From positions 1 through 64,000 of the IMG/VR virus record IMGVR_UViG_3300046786_000686: DNA of 64,000 nt; one strand, given 5' to 3'. The translations under genes and the position numbers were made by a program. This DNA comes from a virus. This document shows, in pieces, positions 17,560-25,668 of this stretch. The number at the start of each line of letters is the position of its first letter. The first letter of the stretch is position 1. The notes below the pieces were generated by a model, which was not told where the DNA came from, did not search any database, and saw only the letters and a program-made list of their open reading frames with translations.

Positions 17560-17706
17560 ATGGCAGCAAAAGCAAAAACTAACACTTCAGTCTCATTCAG
17601 AGCAAAACCGAAACGTAAACGTCCAGGAGTACATGCTAAAACGAAACAGAGTAAGAATAAGACTAGTAAAAACTACCATAAGCCCTATGTTGGGCAGGGT
17701 CATTAA
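17560..17706 (+). CDS. Small very basic protein (48 aa), not in the ORF track
   Basis: MAAKAKTNTSVSFRAKPKRKRPGVHAKTKQSKNKTSKNYHKPYVGQGH*; TATTTAT at 17523-17529; no acidic residues. Confidence 0.7.
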   Translation: MAAKAKTNTSVSFRAKPKRKRPGVHAKTKQSKNKTSKNYHKPYVGQGH

Positions 17707-17834
17707 AAATATTTTCAAAAAGTTTCGCGAAACTGTTGGATTTCTGGATTTTTTTCCTGATATTGCAAGTATGCAATTGCATAAGAGTACAATTGTAAAA
17801 ACTTAAAACAATTTAATTAACCAAAAGAAAAGTT

Positions 17835-18188
17835 ATGATTACGATTACATTTTCGATCGCAGCTATTTTAGGTATGAGTGCTTTAGGGTACTTTACTTAT
17901 GACTGGCGCAAAAAAGCTTTAGATTTCAAAGTGAAGTTTGAAGCAACAAAAGATTTCGCTGATAAAGCAGCGGTGCAAATTCTTAAACATGAGGCTAAAA
18001 CAGCTGAGTTATCTACTAAGATTGTGGAGCTTAAGAATAAGAATGTGAGTTTAGAAGCTACTATTGCTAAGGCAGCAACTCCTAAAATGAATGCAAACAA
18101 GCCGGTTCAAAATCAGATTACCGACGCTGTAACATCTGCACCTGCTAAGAAGCGTAGAGGCCGTAAACCACGCAATAACCAACAATAA
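17835..18188 (+). CDS. Membrane-anchored coiled-coil protein with a basic tail
   Basis: N-terminal TM helix, coiled coil, KKRRGRKPR tail. Confidence 0.65.
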   Translation: MITITFSIAAILGMSALGYFTYDWRKKALDFKVKFEATKDFADKAAVQILKHEAKTAELSTKIVELKNKNVSLEATIAKAATPKMNANKPVQNQITDAVTSAPAKKRRGRKPRNNQQ

Positions 18189-18199
18189 ACAATCCACGT

Positions 18200-18622
18200 A
18201 TGGGCTGCTTCGAGAGTTTAGTTAAATCAAGATTTTTAGCTGATGTCTCAAGTGAATTGAGTTTGGCTCGTAAGGCTATCAAGTCTATGAGCCAAATTTC
18301 TATGCCCGCTGTTCTGTATGCAGATCGTAAAGTCAGAAAGGAGATTTATGACGATATTGCATACCAATATTACCTTATCGAAGAGATGGCTGAAATGCTA
18401 GCTCAGGATTCAAATCCCAGTATGATATGGTATTTACAATTTGATGACTTTATTTTTCTGTATTCTAGAAAGAAAAATCAAATCGATGAAGCAATACTGT
18501 ATAACTACAATATTAACGGAGATTTCCCGTATTATCGCGGAAGACACGTAGTAAATAAGATGGTTGTGCATACTGTATTGATGGATACACGCATAAGTTT
18601 CGATCCTCTATCACCAAACTAA
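18200..18622 (+). CDS. Hypothetical protein
   Basis: 140 aa ORF. Confidence 0.55.
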   Translation: MGCFESLVKSRFLADVSSELSLARKAIKSMSQISMPAVLYADRKVRKEIYDDIAYQYYLIEEMAEMLAQDSNPSMIWYLQFDDFIFLYSRKKNQIDEAILYNYNINGDFPYYRGRHVVNKMVVHTVLMDTRISFDPLSPN

Positions 18623-18684
18623 CCCAGTTGCAAATTTCGTTTTTTAGTCGTATGGTTATACTTAAATAGAAAACAGTTATTACA

Positions 18685-19110
18685 ATGGGTCGAGTTTTAG
18701 AATGTAAGGTTTGTGGCACGTACGTGAATAATGTAGGAGATGATGCAGCAGCAGTTACTTGCTGGGAGTGTGTCATAGAAGCTCAACGAGCCTATGATGA
18801 ACCAATAGTAAGAAAGAAATTCGCAACAGCTCAGGGTTTTCCAAAAGGCTGGAGGTTTATGAAAGAGTTTGTACATGCAGATGGTACAGTGTTCCATAGA
18901 GGTGTAGAACAGCCTAAACTAAAAGGGACTTTGGAACCAACCACAATCGTAGTAAAACCTAAGAAGTCTAAAGCGCAGAAGGCACAGGAGAAGGCAGACG
19001 CGATGAAACGATATTCAGAGCTTAAGAAGCAGTTGAAAAAGGAAACGCGTAAAGGAGCCATCAAGAAAATAGAATCAGAATTAAAAAGGTTACAAAAACA
19101 AATCATATGA
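18685..19110 (+). CDS. Zinc-ribbon protein
   Basis: CKVC..CWEC; basic C-terminus. Confidence 0.65.
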   Translation: MGRVLECKVCGTYVNNVGDDAAAVTCWECVIEAQRAYDEPIVRKKFATAQGFPKGWRFMKEFVHADGTVFHRGVEQPKLKGTLEPTTIVVKPKKSKAQKAQEKADAMKRYSELKKQLKKETRKGAIKKIESELKRLQKQII

Positions 19111-19871
19111 GTTACACAGCAGAACAATTGCAAGAGAATTATGATCGATTGCTAAATTACATTGATCAGTATATTCAGGGAGATCGTAAAGAAGCCCTTA
19201 AACAACTTTACACAGATCACGCTGAGCGTATTATGCTTATGCCAGCATCTAGTATTGATCACCATCACAACGCATTTCCTGGTGGATATGTTGATCACGT
19301 TAATCGTGTTATTGAGTGTGCATTAAAGCTAAAAGACTTATGGGCTTCCATGGGATCATTTATTAACTATTCGGAAGAGGAGTTGGTGTTTGCTGCAATG
19401 AATCATGATTTAGGTAAAATTGGTACAGAAGAAGCTGAGCAATACTTGCCTAATGATTCAGAATGGCATCGTAAGAATCTAGGACGTATTTACAAATATA
19501 ATCCAGAGAATGCTTTTATGCCAGTACCTGATCGTAGTTTATTCTTACTACAAGCTAGAGGTATTCCGGTATCGTTTAATGAGTTTGTAGCTATCAAGAC
19601 GCATGATGGTTTGTATGATGAAGGCAATCGTCCTTACTACATTTCAAACAGCCGTGAGTCTAAATTAAGATCAAACTTACCAATCCTTTTACACCACGCT
19701 GATCACATGGCATCTCGTATTGAGTTTGAAATGTGGGATCGTAATAGTGGTAGCAGTACCGGCACATCTAGACCGGTCACTAATGAAAAGAGAAAGCCTT
19801 CAATTCCGACAGATATGTCCGAGTCTCAGAAGGATGATTTAATGAACGTGTTTAACAATCTATTCAAATAA
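19107..19871 (+). CDS. HD-domain phosphohydrolase (YhaM-like)
   Basis: PASS..HHNAFPGGYVDH, NHDLGK, HDG, HHADH. Confidence 0.85.
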   Translation: MSYTAEQLQENYDRLLNYIDQYIQGDRKEALKQLYTDHAERIMLMPASSIDHHHNAFPGGYVDHVNRVIECALKLKDLWASMGSFINYSEEELVFAAMNHDLGKIGTEEAEQYLPNDSEWHRKNLGRIYKYNPENAFMPVPDRSLFLLQARGIPVSFNEFVAIKTHDGLYDEGNRPYYISNSRESKLRSNLPILLHHADHMASRIEFEMWDRNSGSSTGTSRPVTNEKRKPSIPTDMSESQKDDLMNVFNNLFK

Positions 19872-19872
19872 T

Positions 19873-20187
19873 ATGGTTATAGCTATCATCACATTCCTCA
19901 CGATATTAGTGGGGATCCTGGTTTATTTGTTGTATATTAACTTCAAGAAGCTTGAACGCACTGAACAGTATGCAGAAGCTTACGTGAAGTTTATTTCGGC
20001 ACTTTATTTTCGTTTCTATGAAACTAGAGAGCATATGAAAGAAGTTGATCGTAGAGGTTCATTTCAGTCCGACGATGAAGTTGGATTTGTGTTCAAGGAA
20101 TTAGATCAATCAATAGATGACCTTTATGAATTTATTACAAAGTATGTCAACACAGAAACCGAAGAAGACAAGAAAGCCGAAGACTAA
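19873..20187 (+). CDS. Membrane-anchored hypothetical protein
   Basis: N-terminal TM helix. Confidence 0.6.
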   Translation: MVIAIITFLTILVGILVYLLYINFKKLERTEQYAEAYVKFISALYFRFYETREHMKEVDRRGSFQSDDEVGFVFKELDQSIDDLYEFITKYVNTETEEDKKAED

Positions 20188-20872
20188 AAGATTATACTTC
20201 GGTCCTGAAGTTGACTTGAGTATTATCAAGTATAACGAGACCGTTAGCGATAATGAACGTAGTTTAATTTATCAACGTGAAATACGTCCAGCTTTTGAGA
20301 AATTAGTTGAGAACATTATTCACACGTTTAAGTTCTACTACACAGACGGACAAACAATCCAACAAGTACAGCATGAGGTGGTAAGCTTCCTAGTAGAGAA
20401 GCTTCCAAAGTTCAAACAATCAAACGGCAAAGCATTTAGTTACTTCAGCATCGTAGCAAAAAACTACTGCATTCTCAAGAATAAGAATAACTACAAGAAG
20501 CTCACTAGCCATGATAGAATTGACCTATCTTCTGAAATCAACTTGGAGTATGTTCCAGATGAACCAGAAAATGAGAATGGGTTAGTTGAGTTCATTGATA
20601 AGTTTGTAAATTACTGGGACGATAATTTGGAGGGTACGTTTGCAAAAAAGAACGATCGATTGTTGGCAGGAGCTATTATCGAATTGTTTAGAAAGCGAGA
20701 GAAGATTGAGTTGTTTAACAAGAAAGCCTTATACATCTACATTAGAGAGATGACAGATGCAAACACTCAGCAAATAACTAAAATGGTAAAGGTTATGCGA
20801 GATAAATACAAAGCCATGTATATGGATTATCTAGCTAACGAAGGAGTTCTTCCAAAAGACAAAACATACTAA
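20144..20872 (+). CDS. Phage sigma factor-like protein (sigma70 region 2; gp55-like late sigma candidate)
   Basis: HEVVSFLVEKLPKFKQSNGKAFSYFSIVAKNY matches the region 2.2-2.4 pattern; helix-turn-helix-like C-terminus. Confidence 0.65.
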   Translation: MSTQKPKKTRKPKTKRLYFGPEVDLSIIKYNETVSDNERSLIYQREIRPAFEKLVENIIHTFKFYYTDGQTIQQVQHEVVSFLVEKLPKFKQSNGKAFSYFSIVAKNYCILKNKNNYKKLTSHDRIDLSSEINLEYVPDEPENENGLVEFIDKFVNYWDDNLEGTFAKKNDRLLAGAIIELFRKREKIELFNKKALYIYIREMTDANTQQITKMVKVMRDKYKAMYMDYLANEGVLPKDKTY

Positions 20873-20874
20873 GT

Positions 20875-21123
20875 ATGATAATTTTAACCTCAAAAGAAAA
20901 ATTACAAGCATTTCTAGAAGAGGAGATAAAGTGTTGGGAAAGCGTTGGTGGTGGTCCAAACCTCAACGCTTTTTCCTTTGATCCAAAGACAGTGGATCCT
21001 CAAGTCCTGCATGATCTAGGTTATTACGAAAATCGTGAATCTTGGTTAGCTGGTGCTCGTATAAAAGAATTGAGAGCTTTGATCCTGGAATTGGAAGAGC
21101 ATCCTCAGTACATGGGCAAATAA
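20875..21123 (+). CDS. Hypothetical protein
   Basis: Small ORF in operon. Confidence 0.55.
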   Translation: MIILTSKEKLQAFLEEEIKCWESVGGGPNLNAFSFDPKTVDPQVLHDLGYYENRESWLAGARIKELRALILELEEHPQYMGK

Positions 21124-21161
21124 CAATTTGAATACTCAGCTATTTATTAGAAATGTAGTTT

Positions 21162-21506
21162 ATGGATAAGGATAGTTTACTATTTGATGATAAGTCCTTC
21201 AGCGACCTACTCAGAGATGTATATAACAATACGAAGAAAAAGGAATCACAGATTAATGGTTTGATTGATCAATTAAAGCCATTGATTAAGAATATGACTG
21301 ACGCATCGTTGATGGTTCCACTAATTAAGGAGTACCTAGAAATTTCAGTTAAGAATGACGACAACCTAGTGAGACTCACAGCAATCATTCAACGCTTGCT
21401 TGTTGTAGGTGCTAAAAGTGAAAAAGGTGATGAGATGGGATTGACGGAGGCAGAACGCAAACAGCTTTTAGAAGAAGCTCAACATTTAATGGACAATAGC
21501 AAATAA
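21162..21506 (+). CDS. Helical hypothetical protein, first gene of the baseplate operon
   Basis: TATTTAT at 21141-21147. Confidence 0.65.
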   Translation: MDKDSLLFDDKSFSDLLRDVYNNTKKKESQINGLIDQLKPLIKNMTDASLMVPLIKEYLEISVKNDDNLVRLTAIIQRLLVVGAKSEKGDEMGLTEAERKQLLEEAQHLMDNSK

Positions 21507-22519
21507 TGAGTACGTTTTTTCAAGACATATCGGGTTTATATAAAGGACCACAAACTGGAGCTACAGATGGCTTGCAACAGCTTAAAGTATTTCCTGGACA
21601 CGTATTGGATATATGTCTTGATGAAAACTCACCACTATACGAGTCCAACAGAGATATTGGTAAGATTCGTTTTAGGGATTTGGTACGTGAGTATAATAAG
21701 GAAGAGCAAGCAGCTGTTAAAACTGCTTACCCACTTGATAGATCGATAGCTAGATATCCAATGCCAGGTGAGGAAGTTATTATCTTCAGAGCATTTGGAG
21801 AAACTACTTCAACAAAGTCGTTGGTATTAGCAAACATTTACTTCTACAGCTTTGTTGTGAGTACGATGCATAATGTGTCTTACAACGCTAACCCTTTCAT
21901 TGGTACAGACAAATACCACATCGATAAGAAAAACCCGTTCATGTCTTATGACCAAGCTAAAAGACGTTTGGAAGGAAAGATTAAAAACGGAGATGCTGTA
22001 GTAGCTGACAACAAGCCAATAGTACATAAGCAATTGAAACCTTATGAAGGTGACTTCATATTGCAAGGTCGTTTTGGAACTAGCATTAGACAGACAGCGA
22101 CATTACCAAAAGCTGACAATCCATGGAAGTCCTCAGGAACGGCTGGTGATGGTTTGATCATCATAAGAGCTGATCGTGACTCTACTGGTAAGGAGTCTGA
22201 CATGCTTACGCAAGAGGATATTAATGTGGATGATGCTTCGATCTATGTGTGTACATCGCAGAAGATTGAGTTAGATTTGGCATGCTCCAAGTATATGAGA
22301 TCATGGGCAGCAACTTATGATATTCCAGCACATGGATCAGCTGAAGCTGCAGACACATTCCAACGAACTGTAGACACATCAGGATTATGGCAAAAAGCTG
22401 TAGAAACTGATAAACCTGCTGACCAAGCTTTCAAAGCACCAGCAGCTGCAGAAGGAGGAGACACACCAAATCCACCAACAACACCTACACCAAATACACA
22501 AACAACCGGAAGTAATTAA
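21506..22519 (+). CDS. Baseplate hub/spike protein, N-terminal (gp5/Vgr OB-fold-like) part
   Basis: IGKIRFR..AYP..YPMPGEEVII..YFY OB-fold-like pattern; PYEGDFILQGRFGTSIR; baseplate context. Confidence 0.55.
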   Translation: MSTFFQDISGLYKGPQTGATDGLQQLKVFPGHVLDICLDENSPLYESNRDIGKIRFRDLVREYNKEEQAAVKTAYPLDRSIARYPMPGEEVIIFRAFGETTSTKSLVLANIYFYSFVVSTMHNVSYNANPFIGTDKYHIDKKNPFMSYDQAKRRLEGKIKNGDAVVADNKPIVHKQLKPYEGDFILQGRFGTSIRQTATLPKADNPWKSSGTAGDGLIIIRADRDSTGKESDMLTQEDINVDDASIYVCTSQKIELDLACSKYMRSWAATYDIPAHGSAEAADTFQRTVDTSGLWQKAVETDKPADQAFKAPAAAEGGDTPNPPTTPTPNTQTTGSN

Positions 22520-22520
22520 T

Positions 22521-23444
22521 ATGGGATGGACAACACCACCGACAGTAAGTCCAGGCTTAAAACAAGACTTGGATTCGTTTGTCACAGTAGCAAAGAATAA
22601 CGCAGCTGCAATAGCTGAAAAACTATATTTCAAAGCACTGACTAATTCTGGAGTAAACCCTAAAGTGAGTTTACCACCGTTAGTTGAGCTAGTAAATAAG
22701 GTATTGATTCCAACCGTACATCGTTGGGAAGGTGGATGGGCAGATCACCCAAGTGATCCAGGAGGTGCTACCATGAGAGGTGTGACGTTAGCAACCTTCA
22801 AAAGCACATTCAACACAATATTCATCAACACCGGAATCCCACAAGTTAAGACAGCAGCAGAAGCTCTGAATAATAAACACAATTGGAAAAGCGATAACGC
22901 AAAAGCTAAACAATTCCTATACACAATCTGCAACGATGAGTTGGTAGGTGGTTTATGGTTTGCGCATTTTCTATCAGACAAAGACAATCGATATCCAATT
23001 GCTGTAATGACAGAAGATCCTTACCTAGGTTATTTCTTTGCAGCCACTACGTGGTGGTCGGGAGCAGGTGCCTATTCTAAGAGCGGGTTTGATGATGTTG
23101 CTCAGTCGATGGGATGGAATGGCAGTGATGAGACCTGGGCTAAGTTTATAGCCAACTTAGGAACAAAAACACCAGAGTTTGCTAGCAAGGTTTTGGTTAA
23201 GCGTTGTCAGAGACTTCAAGCAATCACAGCAAGTGGTGGATCACCAGGACCAGAATTTCGTAATGGTTTTATGAATAGGTTTATGAATGATCCTAAAGAG
23301 TCAGATGTAATCATGCTAGTTCGTATAAACGAAATGTTCAACTTGAACGCTCAAGGAATATTTCAACTATCGCCAGCAGAATTGCAACACCTAAAAAACA
23401 AAGGTGAGACATATAAAACATTCAGTATAGAATTACCAGGATAA
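22521..23444 (+). CDS. Glycoside hydrolase family 108 muramidase
   Basis: WEGGWADHPSDPGGATMRGVT is the GH108 signature; C-terminal FRNGFMNR. Confidence 0.8.
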   Translation: MGWTTPPTVSPGLKQDLDSFVTVAKNNAAAIAEKLYFKALTNSGVNPKVSLPPLVELVNKVLIPTVHRWEGGWADHPSDPGGATMRGVTLATFKSTFNTIFINTGIPQVKTAAEALNNKHNWKSDNAKAKQFLYTICNDELVGGLWFAHFLSDKDNRYPIAVMTEDPYLGYFFAATTWWSGAGAYSKSGFDDVAQSMGWNGSDETWAKFIANLGTKTPEFASKVLVKRCQRLQAITASGGSPGPEFRNGFMNRFMNDPKESDVIMLVRINEMFNLNAQGIFQLSPAELQHLKNKGETYKTFSIELPG

Positions 23445-24346
23445 TGAAATTAACGTACGATCAACTTAAACAAACACTTGAGTCTGGCGGAGGACTAGGA
23501 CTTCCTACACAAGGAGGTGTGCCACCTGGTACACCAATCCAAGGTACGTTTACTGGTACTGTAACAATCGAAGTACCACAGCTACCGAAGATTGAGTTTC
23601 CGATGGAAGACTTTACTTACAAGTCAGCTATCGCAGGAAGTGTTACAGACCTCAATAAGGTACTATCTCTGAAAGGCTCAGATGGCGGTGTAAAGACAAA
23701 CAACTATGCAGGTAGCCAATTGCTGTTTAATTCAGATCGTTTAATATTAAATGCTAAGACCAACTACCTAATGTTATTTGGTCAGCAGGGTGTTGCATTA
23801 TCATCGCAAGGAAGTGTTAATATTGACGCAGATGATAGTATTACAATATTTGCAGGTGATGGTTTGTTCTTAGGAGTACCAGCACAAGGCACTGGTGATA
23901 AGGGAAACCAAAAAGCACCGAAGACTAAAGCAGATCCTACGATCGACTTTGAATATGAACCAATTGTATTAGGTACGAAGCTAGCAAACCTAATTGAAGA
24001 CCTATTAGTGATTCTGAAAAACGCAACACTATTAACTCCAGTGGGTAAGGGTTATTTCAGAGAAGATGTGATGTACGAATTTGCTGCATTACAAGCGCGT
24101 ATACCGGAGATATTAAGTACATACGCATATGTTGACGGAATAAGCCATGAAGGAGTGGATCCTGCACCAGAACCACCTAAAACGGTAACAGAGCCACCAA
24201 CAACGTTGGTAGGAACTGTCACTGGTACGTTTACTGGAACAACTGGAGCTATTGATCCAAATGCTCCATCAAATGTTATTACAAACCCTCTAGCAGATCA
24301 ACCGGATTTCTTTGATACGGAGACGCTATATGGAGATGAACTATAA
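23444..24346 (+). CDS. Baseplate spike C-terminal (beta-helix-like) part
   Basis: Short beta repeats QLLFNSDRLILNAK..VALSSQGSVNIDAD; EPIVLGTKL. Confidence 0.5.
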   Translation: MKLTYDQLKQTLESGGGLGLPTQGGVPPGTPIQGTFTGTVTIEVPQLPKIEFPMEDFTYKSAIAGSVTDLNKVLSLKGSDGGVKTNNYAGSQLLFNSDRLILNAKTNYLMLFGQQGVALSSQGSVNIDADDSITIFAGDGLFLGVPAQGTGDKGNQKAPKTKADPTIDFEYEPIVLGTKLANLIEDLLVILKNATLLTPVGKGYFREDVMYEFAALQARIPEILSTYAYVDGISHEGVDPAPEPPKTVTEPPTTLVGTVTGTFTGTTGAIDPNAPSNVITNPLADQPDFFDTETLYGDEL

Positions 24347-24354
24347 GAGTTATT

Positions 24355-25668
24355 ATGGGAAGCTTAAAAGATAGAGTAGTACAAATTAACCAAGCCGTTG
24401 TGCTTTCTGAAGCACAGACTAACTTCGGATACTTAACAGCTGCGTTGCAGAAAGATAAGGGTATTGCTTTAACCCTTGATCAATCGTATATGTCAAAATA
24501 CGACGTAGCCGATGAATTACGTAAGTTTGTTAAAGACAAAACAAACAAACCATCAGCAGAAATTAAGCCACTTCTGGATGCGAACAAAACAATAGCCGAT
24601 ATTGTGAAGGAGGGTCAGTTTGATAAGCTAAAGGAGTTTCTAGATGGACTCTCAGCTGCAGACTTTGAACCACCACTACCAAGCAAATTCAAATCACCAA
24701 GTGGTGTGGATGTTTTTCCAGTACCAGGGAAGATTTCAAACGATCCACGTAGAACTGGTCGAATCATTCAACCAGGTCCATCAGGAACATTAGCACAAAC
24801 AGAAGTGCAGAAGTGGATGGTAAACAATAGTGTGTTGTATGGCTTTGTTCCATATAGCGATAACGCCTTGTATTACATTGGTGTTGAGCAAATCAAATCG
24901 CAACTAAAATCAGCTAGTAATAAACAAGATCAGCTATCCAAAATAGTTGGTAAGTTTCTAAAGAATGGACAATTACTATCGTCACTGACTGTAAGTGCTC
25001 AAACCGTAATTGATAACAAACTTCCAGACGCAGGAATATTCCCAGATCCAGGAAACCTAGAAGGTATTCCAAATCATGGAGTTATGTCTAACGATAAGCG
25101 AATACTAGACCTAGTTGTAGTGGATGGCCAACCAGTTTGGAGACCAGCTGCACTTGCAGCGTTAGCAATGCAAGCGGAAGCTAAAAAGCAGGGAGTGAAT
25201 CTAAGCGTTACCTCAGGATTTAGACCAGCGTTTGGTAAGAACGTGAAAGTAACGACTACCAAGGGTAGACAGATTACTATGACGACTCAAGAAACTTTGA
25301 GACGTGATAAGAGTCGCTGGGTAGGTAGAGGTTCCTTTAGTGGTTCCGATGAGGATTTCATTTTCAAAGCAGGGTCTAGTAAGTATAGTGCTGCAACAGC
25401 ACCTCCTGGATCGTCAAATCACGGATCCGGAATAGCCATTGACTGGAACGTAGGTGGTAGAAACAACTTCTCACCACTGAAAACAGCAAACTATGTTTGG
25501 TTGGCAAGGAATGCTCACAAATTTGGTTTTGTACGTACTGTAGGATCTGAAGAGTGGCACTGGGAATACCTTCCAGCAAAAGCTAAGAATGGACCATATG
25601 CAGTGCTATCAAACAAAGAGAGTAATAAATGGTACGCTGATTTAGCATTAAATAATCTGACCGTATAA
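24355..25668 (+). CDS. M15 (VanY-like) D-Ala-D-Ala/L-Ala-D-Glu peptidase domain protein
   Basis: VTSGFR, APPGSSNHGSGIAID (SxHxxGxAxD), EEWHWEY. Confidence 0.85.
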   Translation: MGSLKDRVVQINQAVVLSEAQTNFGYLTAALQKDKGIALTLDQSYMSKYDVADELRKFVKDKTNKPSAEIKPLLDANKTIADIVKEGQFDKLKEFLDGLSAADFEPPLPSKFKSPSGVDVFPVPGKISNDPRRTGRIIQPGPSGTLAQTEVQKWMVNNSVLYGFVPYSDNALYYIGVEQIKSQLKSASNKQDQLSKIVGKFLKNGQLLSSLTVSAQTVIDNKLPDAGIFPDPGNLEGIPNHGVMSNDKRILDLVVVDGQPVWRPAALAALAMQAEAKKQGVNLSVTSGFRPAFGKNVKVTTTKGRQITMTTQETLRRDKSRWVGRGSFSGSDEDFIFKAGSSKYSAATAPPGSSNHGSGIAIDWNVGGRNNFSPLKTANYVWLARNAHKFGFVRTVGSEEWHWEYLPAKAKNGPYAVLSNKESNKWYADLALNNLTV

